From Octopus bimaculoides (taxonomy: Eukaryota): a stretch of 63,583 bases of DNA. The stretch's first letter is position 1. Each line of letters starts with the position of its first letter. Of the stretch, positions 51,280 through 63,583 are shown piece by piece. The position numbers and the translations under genes were made by a program. The DNA is taken from NCBI RefSeq assembly GCF_001194135.2, contig NC_068992.1:16766471-16830053 (forward strand), in the 5' to 3' direction. The notes under the pieces are model-generated. The model did not search any database, had not been told where the DNA came from, and was given only the letters and a program-made list of their open reading frames with translations.

Positions 51280-51600
51280 CACGCGTGGCTTAGTGGTTAG
51301 GGTGTTGGTCTTTCAAGCGTAAGATCATGAGTTCGATTCCAGGCGGTGCTTTGTGTCTCAGAGCAAGACACTTTCTTTCTTGTTGGTCCAGTACATTCAA
51401 CCGGAAAATATGAGTTATACCTGTGGTTCAAAGGGCCAGCTTTGTCACATTCTGTGTCACGCTGAATCTCCCTGAGAAATATGTGAAGGATACGCGTGTC
51501 TATGGAGTGTTCGGCCACTTGCAGGTTAGCTTCACTTGCTTGCCTTCCCATTGGTCGGATCAATTCAGACACTTGTCTATGTAACAGACCGAGTGCCAGT
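51280..51600 (+). mobile_element. SINE family C/D
   Basis: cgcgtggcttagtggttagggtgttgg..gagttcgattcc..caaagggccagctttgtcaca..tgtgtcacgctgaatctccctgag. Confidence 0.85.
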
Positions 51601-51739
51601 TTTCTACATGAACGAGATGCTGGTTGCTTGTGTAGATGTTTATGTCTACAAATGGATTACTTTTATTTCCAATGAGGTTTATTAGTTTGCACCTTTTTAG
51701 TATGGAAATGTCCTCTTGATTTTTCCTCAGTTCAGGATT

Positions 51740-52055
51740 TGTTTCATCAAAAGTATCTACAAGAGCTCAAACCATCCCCCTGCTGTAATAAGAAACCTGG
51801 TTCCAGGATTAGCAAACGACTATCTAATCTCTCGGCCAATAGACAGATATTTAATACGGCCGTCCACACTAGGACAACGCTTTGGCTAGGAACGTGTTTA
51901 CTCACCCCAAAAGGATTAGGAAACAGAAAATCATGTGGTATAATCCCCCTTTCAACATAGAAGTTTCCACCAATGTAGCTATGTTCTTCTTCTTGTTAAT
52001 TAAGAAAAACCTCTCCAGAGACCACAAGTATTACACGCTCTTCAACTACAACTCT
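51740..52055 (+). mobile_element. Second, distinct Penelope-like fragment (post-RT region)
   Basis: KKPGSRISKRLSNLSANRQIFNTA and RKQKIMWYNPPFNIEVSTNVAMFFFLLIKKNLSRDHKYYTLFN match the conserved IIWFNPP(F/Y)S..V.TN motif. Confidence 0.8.
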
Positions 52056-52092
52056 GCACCAAGGTTACCGTCACCATGAGCAGAGCAGTCAA

Positions 52093-52177
52093 TTACCAAT
52101 CCCCAGCACTTACCAATCCCCAACGTTTACCAACGCCCCACGCTTACCAATTCCCAACGCTTACCGATCCACAACGC
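52093..52177 (+). repeat. 17-bp minisatellite, 5 units (consensus TTACCAATCCCCAACGC)
   Basis: Units: ttaccaatccccagcac, ttaccaatccccaacgt, ttaccaacgccccacgc, ttaccaattcccaacgc, ttaccgatccacaacgc. Confidence 0.9.
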
Positions 52178-52546
52178 TTCTTACACGGATATATAATCAC
52201 GCGTGTGCGCGCTCACGTGCGCATATGCCTGCGCACACTAATATATATGCGTGCATGTATGTTTGCATGCAACGTACATATAAATCAATATGCATTTGTG
52301 TATACACGTGCATGTCCGTTCATGTATGTATATATATATATATNNNNNNNNNNNNNNNNNNNNNNNNNNNNNNNNNNNNNNNNNNNNNNNNNNNNNNNNN
52401 NNNNNNNNNNNNNNNNNNNNNNNNNNNNNNNNNNNNNNNNNNNNNNNNNNNNNNNNNNNNNNNNNNNNNNNNNNNNNNNNNNNNNNNNNNNNNNNNNNNN
52501 NNNNNNNNNNNNNNNNNNNNNNNNNNNNNNNNNNNNNNNNNNNNNN

Positions 52547-52596
<50 letters not shown>

Positions 52597-53764
52597 ACCA
52601 TTTTATGCTGACCATATTTTCTCGAAGTATTCATTAGAAGAGAAATTAATAATAAAGGATATTTAATTGCCCTTCTCATAAGTATTGTTATATATAAGGC
52701 ATATGCCGAATATATTTGCGATGATACAATAGGTATATAGAATACGTTAACATATAGATGAATATTAGCATCCTCAGGGTGTTATTAAACAATGAATCTT
52801 CGCTTTGGGACATCACATAAAGAGAAGCTCCTTGAACAGATGTAAGTAGCCAGTGTTTGTCCAAATAGCAAATCTTACTTCAATCTTTCTCTCATATATA
52901 TCTTCTCTCCTTCTCTATCACTTCTACATTATTTCCTTAATCCATAGAATCATCGCTATGTATTAGCATAGATGATATGTCAGTATTTTTTGCAAGGATG
53001 TCATCATCAACCTTGAACTGAGAGAGAAAGAGTGAAGGAGAGAGAAAGAGTGAAGGAGAGAGAGAGAGTGAGAAAGAAAGAGAGAGAGGATTTCAGCTGC
53101 CAAGTTCATACTGCAAGATATTGCACTGCAAAAGTTTGCAGTCCTTGTCAGATACTAATTAAAGACTTGGCTACAGTCAAAGTGTAACGAGAAATTAATT
53201 TAAATCTTTATTGAAAGGATTAAGGCAAGATGGTATTTCCATATTTGATAGGATTTTTATACATTCGGATTATTGTTGAGTTCACAAATATCATGTTCAT
53301 GGTTAATACACCAAAACAACAAAGTAATCTAATTTAAATCCACTGGAGTCCATCACATCTGTTTTTTATAGTTAGAGGGAGATTATAATGGATAGTCATC
53401 TTTCTTTTAGACATAATATAAAGGCATATTTAAAATGTAAGATTCCATAAGAAGTTTGCTTCTGCACTAAAATATTTGAAAACAAAAGAGAGAAGATCTC
53501 ATCCCGGAAATCCCCTGTATTAAGGTAGTTTCTAGCTTTCATTAATTTCATTTTTAGATATAAAATTAGATTATCTGCCAGGGTAAAAACCAAACCGGAA
53601 TTAGTAAAGCTTCATTTTCTCTGCATATATACGCAAGCAGTGACATGTGTTCCAGCATTTGCAAAGATATTTTTTGTCTACGAAAATAAATAAATGTACG
53701 TACAAACCATAAGTTGTAATTCATTACTCATAAGAAACAAAAGTGAGAGCAATCAGTTCACTGT

Positions 53765-54105
53765 TACTTGAAGAGGAGGGAGTCAGAAACGCCATGACCG
53801 GAAAGGATGGCAGAAATTCGGAACCAGATGTACTGAAAGGGGAAACGTAATGGAAGCTGAGGGAGATTGTTGAGATAGTCTGTCAGGAATACTTAGGACC
53901 TGGTAACGGCGACTTAAAGAGACGGAGCAATGTCAATGTCAGAGGCAAGAGAGGAAGCATAGTGCAAAAGATGCGAGATTCAATGAAGGTAAATCACCGT
54001 CTGAAAGCAGTGGGAAAAGTGAGTCATAGAACAGATCCATACAAATGACTGAGTGGTGGGATTGCAAAGAATAAAATAGGTCAGTATGACTGAATTCAAA
54101 ACCAA
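53765..54105 (-). mobile_element. Possible degenerate L2/CR1-like LINE 3' fragment
   Basis: GC-richer block with weak motifs (AIPPLSH; DYLNNLP..FPFQY). Many stops. Confidence 0.25.
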
Positions 54106-54274
54106 AATGGACACTGCGGAAACGAATTAAGTCTCAAAAGAGTACGTTAAGTCTCAAATACCTTAAAGTTGCATCCCTTTATGTCTAGAGGTCTGCAAAT
54201 TTAAAGCTTTCTATATTAAAATGTTGTCACAAGAGGACAATGTTATTTCCTTCTTTTATATTACATCCAATGTG

Positions 54275-54660
54275 CAGGTGCAATGGCCCAGTGGTTAGGG
54301 CAGGGGACTCGCAGTCATAGGATCGCGGTTTCGATTCACAGATCGGGCGTTGTGAGTGTTTATTGAGCGAAAACACCTAAAGCTCCACAAGGCTCCGGCA
54401 GGGGATGGTGGCGAACCCTGCTGTACTCTTTCACCACAACCTTCTCTCACTCTTACTTCCTGTTTCTGTTGTGCCTGTATTTCAAAGGGCCAGCCTTGTC
54501 ACACTCTGTGTCACGCTGAATCTTCCCCGAGAACTACGTTAAGGGTACACGTGTCTGTGGTGTGCTCAGTCACTTGCACGTTAATCTCACGAGCAGGCTG
54601 TTCCGTTGATCGGATCAACTGGAACCCTCGACGTCGTAAGCGAAGGAGTGCCAACAACAT
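54275..54660 (+). mobile_element. SINE family C, full length
   Basis: ggtgcaatggcccagtggttagggcag box A, ggtttcgattc box B, and tail ggagtgccaacaac. Confidence 0.9.
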
Positions 54661-55456
54661 TACATCCAATATCTATCAGTTTACTAATTATATGTGGAGA
54701 TGAATGTAGGATGGGACTGAAACTCAGTGGACAAGTAGCTATTACTACGCATATATTTTAAATATAATACCGCCATACGTGCGTAAATTCTTGTTCCTTA
54801 AGCCTCATTCTCTCTCTTCAGTCATTTATTTTTTGTAAAATATCTCGTCAATACTCTTTCCGCAGAGTTAATATTATTTCATATCATTTACCTTTATTTC
54901 TTTCTTCTTTACTTGTTATCTATGAATTATATCTGTATGAACATTTATATAATTAACTGCTAAATACACATAAAGAGAGAGATAGTGAATTCGGCATTAA
55001 GAACTTCCCAGTTGCATCATTTATGCAACAGTAATTTTCCACTAAATATTGAATGTTTACTTGTTCGCTGGCTTTTATTTATTCACAAGAAATTGCTGCC
55101 GTAACTGATTATATCATGTCATATCGTAATATGTAAACAAGCAACACAATAACTAGCTAAGACGTGACAGCGTATATCTACCAAACAAAGGTTGTCAAAT
55201 TAGAATCAAATCACATTTGACCGCATTTTCCAATGAGTAAGAACATAAACCTGCATTATAACTGGTATCTTTAATCTAAACGCAAAATACAAATTTATAT
55301 GAAGGTAAGTTGGCTCTAGGTCTATTAACTAAAGTTGTTAGCTAAGGGGCTCATGATACACTTAACGTCATCGTAAATTCGTCCATTTTCCTGTGATAAG
55401 AACTACTGCTTTACGCAATATTTGTCTGGTTTAATATATATATATATACGTACACG

Positions 55457-55495
<39 letters not shown>

Positions 55496-55522
55496 GCATA
55501 CATATATATACATGCACACATG

Positions 55523-55568
<46 letters not shown>

Positions 55569-56157
55569 TACATATACCTGTATGTATATATACATAGGTA
55601 TGCATACACATGCACACACACAGATATATATTTATTCATTTATAATTACATACATCTTTAGGTATGTATGTATGTATGTATGTATTTATGTATTCATATA
55701 TGTATTTGGTTATGGTCCTATCTTTCAAGAGACTTTAGTAATTGTTTGAAAATCTCTCAATGCAAGTCCATGCGTCAGAAATTGCTGAATAATACCACAT
55801 GTGTTACTTCTCATTGCACGTTCGTAGCTGTGGATGAAACAGTACGAATGATCATGAGAACGCGCTCTGATTTGGGGACATTGTGATTTATTAGTGTTCA
55901 ACGTAAATATATTCGCAGTTGGGGTTGAACATCTGTTGTATGAAGACTGAAGTAATGAAAATGTCGGGTTTGTTTAAATGGAAGGATTTTAAGAAGTGCC
56001 GAGTAGCATAATCCATTATAGTATTGAGAGAAATCGGAAGAGAGAGAGAGAGAGAGAGAGAGTGAGAGAGTGAGAGAGCGAGAGGGGGGAAACAAATTCT
56101 GCATGCAACGTTCTAGAGTATACCCAAGATTAATTAATATGCCATTCAATCAAATAG

Positions 56158-56327
56158 TCTCTTTCACTGGATACAATCTAGATGTCCGAAAGGACAACGA
56201 CGCAAGCAGCAGGGTTCCAGATGAGGGTCAATATCCCACTGTGGACTCATACGAACTTTGTGGATTACCAGTAATTGTTTGGAAACTGAAATATTTTGTA
56301 GCCGTAAAGAAAAATGCCAATCTTTGG
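56158..56327 (+). CDS. Candidate exon (VSFTGYNLDVRKDNDASSRVPDEGQYPTVDSYELCGLPVIVWKLKYFVAVKKNANLW)
   Basis: 170-nt open phase 1->0 frame ending at a strong donor TGG|gtgagt. The acceptor (caaatag) has a weak pyrimidine tract. Confidence 0.3.
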
Positions 56328-56875
56328 GTGAGTCCGACAGTCTTATGAATACACTTATATTGAATGACTTTTGTCTTCATTTCAGAAAATAATTATTTTT
56401 GGAAAGACAATTGTGTAAATACCAGCATCCACTATTGATACTCAAAATAGAATTCAACTGGAAGAACTTTAGAACTTATTACGATTATTTTAGAACTGTG
56501 AAAATATTTTAATCAAAGTTATCGAAACGAAGACATTGTAGTAATCGATATTTCACCTAGAACGGTTCAATTTAATAAGTAGTAGCTTTTGTATTGAAAA
56601 CTATTCATTTGCAAAGATCTTTTCTAGAATAACAAAATAAAACCTAAAACAAACATTTTCTCACGTGAAGCTCTTGAAAACTGAAAACAATAGACTATTC
56701 GTAGTTCGATTAGTTTTTGTTTAACATTTATATTTATTCGAAACTGAATAACAATTGTATTCGGCTTCTGTTTTTGAAGGTAATATGAAAATCTATAATT
56801 TCAAGCTTTCTTCTATGTTTACGCCTATTTTCTATAAAATATTTTAAGGATGCATACATACGTGTATAATTATTC

Positions 56876-56913
<38 letters not shown>

Positions 56914-58728
56914 TATAATATATATATATATATGCGCGTGTATGTATGTATACAGACATATATATATGTATATGTACCCGCGGGTGTCTGTGTCTGTGTA
57001 TCTTTTTTATGTGTAAATGTATGTATGTTGTCTATATAGCGAACAGCTTTTCTTTTAGAGAGGCTATAAGACAATACTCTAGCTTCAACATGTTTATTAA
57101 ATTTTCTAGTATTTAGGTTGAGCTTTTTACATTTCATCAAGAAAGGTAATGTTCTTTAATTTATTATATCTATATTGTCTAGATTTGCAAATCCACATTA
57201 TCAGGATAACATCTCCTCAGAATACATTTAACAGATATAGAAGTGGAGGAGATGGAGGAGATACGCCTTTAACGATTCACACCAGGATGATGAGACTATT
57301 AAAGCTTACAATAGTTTATTATACTGCTTTCAGGGATTCACACAATTTGGTGCACATACACACGCGCGCACGTGCGCGGATTGCACATAGGTGTATATAT
57401 ATATATATATATNNNNNNNNNNNNNNNNNNNNNNNNNNNNNNNNNNNNNNNNNNNNNNNNNNNNNNNNNNNNNNNNNNNNNNNNNNNNNNNNNNNNNNNN
57501 NNNNNNNNNNNNNNNNNNNNNNNNNNNNNNNNNNNNNNNNNNNNNNNNNNNNNNNNNNNNNNNNNNNNNNNNNNNNNNNNNNNNNNNNNNNNNNNNNNNN
57601 NNNNNNNNNNNNNNNNNNNNNNNNNNNNNNNNNNNNNNNNNNNNNNNNNNNNNNNNNNNNNNNNNNNNNNNNNNNNNNNNNNNNNNNNNNNNNNNNNNNN
57701 NNNNNNNNNNNNNNNNNNNNNNNNNNNNNNNNNNNNNNNNNNNNNNNNNNNNNNNNNNNNNNNNNNNNNNNNNNNNNNNNNNNNNNNNNNNNNNNNNNNN
57801 NNNNNNNNNNNNNNNNNNNNNNNNNNNNNNNNNNNNNNNNNNNNNNNNNNNNNNNNNNNNNNNNNNNNNNNNNNNNNNNNNNNNNNNNNNNNNNNNNNNN
57901 NNNNNNNNNNNNNNNNNNNNNNNNNNNNNNNNNNNNNNNNNNNNNNNNNNNNNNNNNNNNNNNNNNNNNNNNNNNNNNNNNNNNNNNNNNNNNNNNNNNN
58001 NNNCTACTAATCTCCGAGATAAATCATCTGTGATGTTTCTGGGGCCTGAACGGGATTCGGATCCTCCAACATCCTTGAGTGCCTGGTCATGTCTGCAGTG
58101 ATAGCACATACCAGTTAAACTCTGGAGAAGCTGCTGAGGATATGTGAGGGTATCTTCTTTCATTACACAAGGCACTGGTGACTACTTGCTTCCCTCTTGC
58201 TGTATGCGTGAAGATCTGTTGCTCTTTTCCCTTTGTTATAAGCAATGCGGCAGGTTGGAAAGTAGATCGATTCTCAACGCACCCGCGCGTACACACGCAC
58301 ACAGACAAACACACACACGAATACACACACACACGCACGCATGCGCACACATACACACGCATATGCACACATGCACATATTTTTGTGTGTATGCTTCTGT
58401 CTGCATATATGTGCTCGGTCGTACATATAGATTACAATTTGCAATTTTCCATTCATATAATCTTCGCTGTTCTCAGTTGATCTCTTTATCTACTATCCCA
58501 CTGTATTTCATCCTCATTATTGACGTAAATATTCCAACGGCAAATTTCGAGTCTTTCCCCCACCCCACCCGCTTTTGTCGAGTCGGAAGAATTTTTACTT
58601 TGCTTTGATTTTTTTTTAAAGAATCATTTACTATTTCCTCATTTTGACCAACTTTCAATCACCTTTCGCTTTCTTACTAATTCGAAACATTATGATCACA
58701 CGTAATGATTTCATTTAGTAATTAACTC

Positions 58729-58777
<49 letters not shown>

Positions 58778-58886
58778 ATGTTTGTGCGTATTTCTGTCTG
58801 TTTGTGTATACATATGGCTGTGTATGTTCGTATATACATGCATTTATGTATATCGATCGAAGCAATATTTCTATCTATTTTGACAG

Positions 58887-59005
58887 GTATTGAAATAGTA
58901 AGACAGACAACCATATTTTACGTTTACCAAGAAGATTGGGTAGCAAAAATATATGATAGACGTGGCTACTTTCAGGTTTTGTATAATCTCTATGATTTCA
59001 CACAG
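58887..59005 (+). CDS. Candidate internal exon of a separate plus-strand gene (GIEIVRQTTIFYVYQEDWVAKIYDRRGYFQVLYNLYDFTQ)
   Basis: Acceptor tttctatctattttgacag|GT and donor ACAG|gtgagc. 119 nt with an open phase 1->0 frame. No family recognised with confidence. Confidence 0.45.
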
Positions 59006-60788
59006 GTGAGCCAACGATAGTCTCAAACTCTGCAAACACGTTTATTAAAAGCTAATTAAAATTTGACGGTACTCATGTAGCAAAAAGATTCCATTTACGC
59101 ACTTCAAACTGATTAGCTACCAATGAAATTATTGTTCACTTTCATCTACGAGGCTATGAATTTATTGTTTTACCTTCTCGCATCAATTTTATGGTCTTAT
59201 ACGATTTACTGCGTTTTATCCCTCGGCAATCGTATCGTAGGACCTGACTGAAACTTCAAGCCTATAATAACTCCTTAATGAAGATTCCATCATCTTGTCT
59301 TTCGACAAAGAAACCATTTCGTACCCACTTTGTATTCACAAGTTTTTCATGTAAGGCAATGATTTGTCCTGATTTCCTACCGTATATATGCAATAGTAAC
59401 TGCACATTTACCTGAACTGTCTGTTTTATTTTTTCTTTTCTTATCTTTGAACAATTCCGTTACACAGGAAAACCATTCCTCATCATCAAAATGTGTAACT
59501 CCATGATGATAATCTCAGACGTCTTTTTTATCATCTTTAACAGTTTAACAGTTTTCTTGTGGAACAGACAATGAAGTGTAAGACATTTTGTTTTCGTCGC
59601 CACTATACTGTCACTTCGTGACCAGTTGAGAAGAGAGTCGATATCTTAATATAATGTAATATGATAAGTTACTGCAAATTTTTATGAATAAATAAAACCC
59701 AACCAACAAGAAATCATTAAAATTACTGTTGTATGAATGATATATTTGGAAAATTTGGAACAACAGATTCGCTATTTCTTTATATATCTTCAGTACATAA
59801 TTATGTAATTGTCAAAGTAAATCTTTTTCGATGTATAAATATTTCCGCAAGACATAATAAATGTAGATGGGGAAAAAAGAGCCGTAAATGGTATGTAAGA
59901 GTATTATCTATGCCGGAACTAAATGTATTAACTGCGTTATAGAAATCTTATAACGTAAATCATTCATAGAACCGGTATATTGGCGAGAAATCTTACACTT
60001 ATTACTGACTGAAGAAGAAAACACCTCAGATTGGAGTTGATATCTAGGAACCAATATTTGCGTACACACATCTTTATTATATTTAACATGTGTCGTGACA
60101 GTCAATACTACAGAATATGTTCATTCATTTTCATTTTGCGTCTATATTAATCGACTTTCATATGTAGATACAATGAACGAAAAATGTTGCTATAATTCAT
60201 GTATTACCATAATTGTGTCCAACACGAAAAAGTGATAAAAGGTATTGATATAAACCCCGAATAATTCTGAAAGAACTGGATTTCTTTCATAACTTGTGAA
60301 ATAGACGGATATTGGTTTTCATTATTCAGCATTCGAGATCTATTCCTCGTTTTGCGTTGATAGATCACCGACAATAAAGGGATGCAATTTTAAGCTGTTG
60401 AGAGAATTAAGGTATGAGCTCTTGTTAATATGCAAATGCCAAACTGAAAAAAGAAAACACTGCGCACGCAACACTTTCATGTCCGTAGTGAGATAGATAA
60501 GAAAAACGAGGAAGCAATCCATTAGATATAATCAGATGATCGATAGTGTGAACAATACTGCACTAGCGGAGACTCTTAACTTTTATGCAATATTCTAATG
60601 CTATTTCTGATCACATTGACCTGGCTACAATCAGAACATTTTACACGTCCTTTCTACTATCGATAGAATAATTGAAAAATTGGTTGCCTACGTGTCTAAA
60701 TTCACATATACACGTGTATGTGAGTGCGTGTGTGCGTGCTTGAGTATATCTTTGTGTGCGTGTGTGTGTGTATACGTGTGTGTGTGCA

Positions 60789-60819
<31 letters not shown>

Positions 60820-60945
60820 AATGCATAATATATAGATTTATATAATCCAGTGATAATCATAAAACACATCCTTTAATGGATCTCCCACAAACCTAATAGT
60901 AAACCAATACGTTGGAGTACAACGTAGTATCCTAAGCAGAATTCA

Positions 60946-60982
<37 letters not shown>

Positions 60983-62641
60983 ACTTACATTTTACCTATT
61001 CTAATTCCACTGTCTCAGTTTGTGTGTATATAGATATACATATATATATATATATATACACACACACACNNNNNNNNNNNNNNNNNNNNNNNNNNNNNNN
61101 NNNNNNNNNNNNNNNNNNNNNNNNNNNNNNNNNNNNNNNNNNNNNNNNNNNNNNNNNNNNNNNNNNNNNNNNNNNNNNNNNNNNNNNNNNNNNNNNNNNN
61201 NNNNNNNNNNNNNNNNNNNNNNNNNNNNNNNNNNNNNNNNNNNNNNNNNNNNNNNNNTATGCTTACATGCATGAAACGTATAGATATCACAGCTCCCATA
61301 TATTTAGGCATTTTTAACTATGGAATGATTATGTGACAACATAGTCAAAATCAAATGTCTACTAATGTAATAATTAAAGTTTAAAAAAAAACTACCACAA
61401 AGGATTTCCGTAAAAGGATTTTGCTTCTCTTGACTTCATATATTTTAATGCAATAATAAGCTTCTTATGAGAAGTTATATACTAACTGTATCGATATATT
61501 ACATCTGTGAGACAAATTAATATCTTCTAGTTTTGCACTCCATTTAGATGCTTATAATACACACTTGATATAACTCCTATGAATTAAATTTAGTTTCTTT
61601 TGTTCGATGTTATGTAACAGAGTGCAGTTCAGTTTTATCGTTGAAGAATATATTTGCTTCCACAGCGAAGAGATGAAGTACTGTTTCATGTTATCTAATC
61701 CGGATGTATAAAATCTTATTTGATACGGAAGTATGATGTTGCCATTATCCTTACAGTAACGATTGAAACTAGTTTATTTTAACTCTTTGACTATAGCTAA
61801 ATCCTCGTTTGGTAGTTGATAAGGGTCACCTCTTTAAACTTCTGTATGGCAGCATCAGTTTAGGAGTTTCTCTCGCTCTTAGATCAAGGTCGCTTACAAC
61901 ATCATTCTTGGAAATATTGATATATCACTTATGGGAGAACACATAGATAATTCCTTGGATTATTACTGAGAGGATGAGGGTGAAAGAGAGAGCGAATTGT
62001 GCGAGTGAAAAGGAATGATTAATTGTTTAGACAAACAATGGACACTTACATATCTTTAAGGATTTCTGTAAAATCTTGACGCTGAAAATCGTTGCTTAAC
62101 AACAACATGAGGATGCTAATATTATTCTACAAGATAATATACTATCTTACACATATTGAAAAACACACTATGCGAAGCAGCTATCGATTGTCTTCATTTA
62201 CATAACAGAACATTCGTTGACAGTAGTATTAATCAACAGAAGTAATGAGGCAGTTTCGTACTATTTAACTTACACGATATGTTGATTAAACGCACGCATG
62301 TAAACTTATATATTTTCTACCCACATACGTTAACTGTTATCTAACTAATTAATACATGCCGCCAACTTATTTATTGAAAGACAATACGCAGAAGCAGTTC
62401 CACATACTTTAATAAGCAGCTAGATCTCATCTGTAAACGATATGGAAACTCCCCGTGAACCGAAAAGAAAACCGGCGGGAAGTGAATAGAATTGATATTA
62501 GGATCGTTGTGTAGAGGAAGAACTGTACTTTTGAATAGAGAATCAGTTTTACAAAACAAGCACCTCTAACTCTCTCTCTATGTATCTGTTTCCCTTTTCT
62601 TTCTCTCCCACTTTCTCTCTCTCTCTCTATGTATATATATA

Positions 62642-62688
<47 letters not shown>

Positions 62689-62844
62689 CTGTCTATCTGT
62701 CTCTGCCTCTCTCTCTCTGTTTATGTGTGTATACACACATATATATATTGTCAGTGTCGCAGGTTTTCCCCACTATTAAAAATCATCATGCACAGGCATC
62801 GCTTGAAAATAAACGCAAGACCCAATCACAAGAAAATGACTGGT

Positions 62845-63445
62845 AGAAGAAGCTCTTCAACAAACACCTATTCTGCCGTTGCTTTGAAGTGTCGGAGGGC
62901 ACAAACCTCACCATTCGGGAGTTCTGGAAGCATTACTGTAACATCGTAACATGCCTCAGAATTATCGATATGGCGTGGCAGGGTGTTACAAAGAGGACAT
63001 TGACCTTTGCGTGGAAGAAGCTGCGGCCTGAGGTTGTGTCTGTAACGGACTTTGAAAGACTCGAATCTGAAGCGGCGGTGGTGAAGGAGATTGTATCCCT
63101 CGGGAATTCCGTGGGCCTCGGCGTGGATGAAGGTGACATGAATGACCCCATCGAGGAGCAAACCGAGGAACTGACAACGAAAGAGCTAAAGGAGCTACAG
63201 ACGCAGCAGCACAGGGAGGTTTTGCAGAAAATGGATAAGGCGGAGGAGACGGAGGAGGTTATCTCTGACAGTGCGATAAAGGAAAATATTGGGAATGTCG
63301 GAGAACTTTCCGAATTTATTCAAAAGAAACACCCAGAAAAGTTGCAACTTAGAGTGCGAGAGCGCTATTTAATGATACAAGCCTAACACATTTTAGAAAC
63401 ACTCTGAAAGTGAGGATGAAATGACCATATTGGACAGATTTTTAT
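62845..63445 (+). mobile_element. Tigger1/TIGD1-like pogo transposase C-terminal fragment
   Basis: KKLFNKHLFCRCFEVSEGTNLTIREFWKHYCNIVTCLRIIDMAWQGVTKRTLTFAWKKLRPE..ELTTKELKEL..KKHPEK, then HFRNTLKVRMK..LDRFL. Long open frame with late frameshifts. Confidence 0.9.
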
Positions 63446-63446
63446 C

Positions 63447-63545
63447 GATAACTCCTAACCGCTATGTTCTGGGGACTTAAACACAGCGGCATTGGTTGTC
63501 AAGCGATAGTGGGGGGGGGGGCAAAGACAGATACACAAATACATG

Positions 63546-63560
<15 letters not shown>
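63447..63560 (-). mobile_element. SINE B internal fragment interrupting the Tigger end
   Basis: ccgctatgttctggggac..gcattggttgtcaagcgatagtggggg..acaaatacat. Confidence 0.7.

Positions 63561-63583
<23 letters not shown>

Noticed and set aside
3097-61317. Most long ORF-track entries (poly-X, YIYI, HTHT, CVCV, poly-N/I/L/S/Y)
   Set aside because: They are translations of N-gaps and (TA)n, (CA)n, (ATT)n and (CAT)n microsatellites, not genes.
61540-61960. Long minus-strand open stretch and a GDPYQLP helicase-like motif
   Set aside because: The motif is isolated in a short frame with no other helicase motifs and no splice support.
1-63583. CRISPR arrays, rRNA genes, true tRNA genes or prokaryotic operons
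   Set aside because: None seen. The tRNA-like box A/B motifs all belong to SINE heads, and the repeats are SSRs or short minisatellites without unique spacers.

Overview
AT-rich, microsatellite-dense animal genomic DNA with 13 short N-gaps. The repeat families and overall style look like an octopus genome (inferred, not verified). Almost all ORF-track entries are microsatellite, gap or transposon artefacts. The main host signal is a multi-exon minus-strand gene read directly from splice sites. Five phase-compatible exons (46017-46125, 42830-42902, 35106-35273, 25165-25297, 14197-14343) join into a single-pass receptor-like protein kinase with a small Cys-containing ectodomain, one TM helix, a basic juxtamembrane segment and kinase subdomains I-III. 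Its first exon and the rest of the kinase domain were not located. An intronic pre-miRNA-like hairpin lies at about 13.63-13.69 kb. The rest is transposon debris: about 30 copies of several tRNA-derived SINE families, two REL-endonuclease (R4/Dong-like) LINE 3' ends with (AAT)n tails, two Penelope-like fragments, Tigger/pogo and mariner remnants, an RTE-like 5' UTR remnant and a probable LINE ORF1. Weaker plus-strand exon candidates cluster at 56-60.4 kb. SINE and transposon boundaries are approximate.
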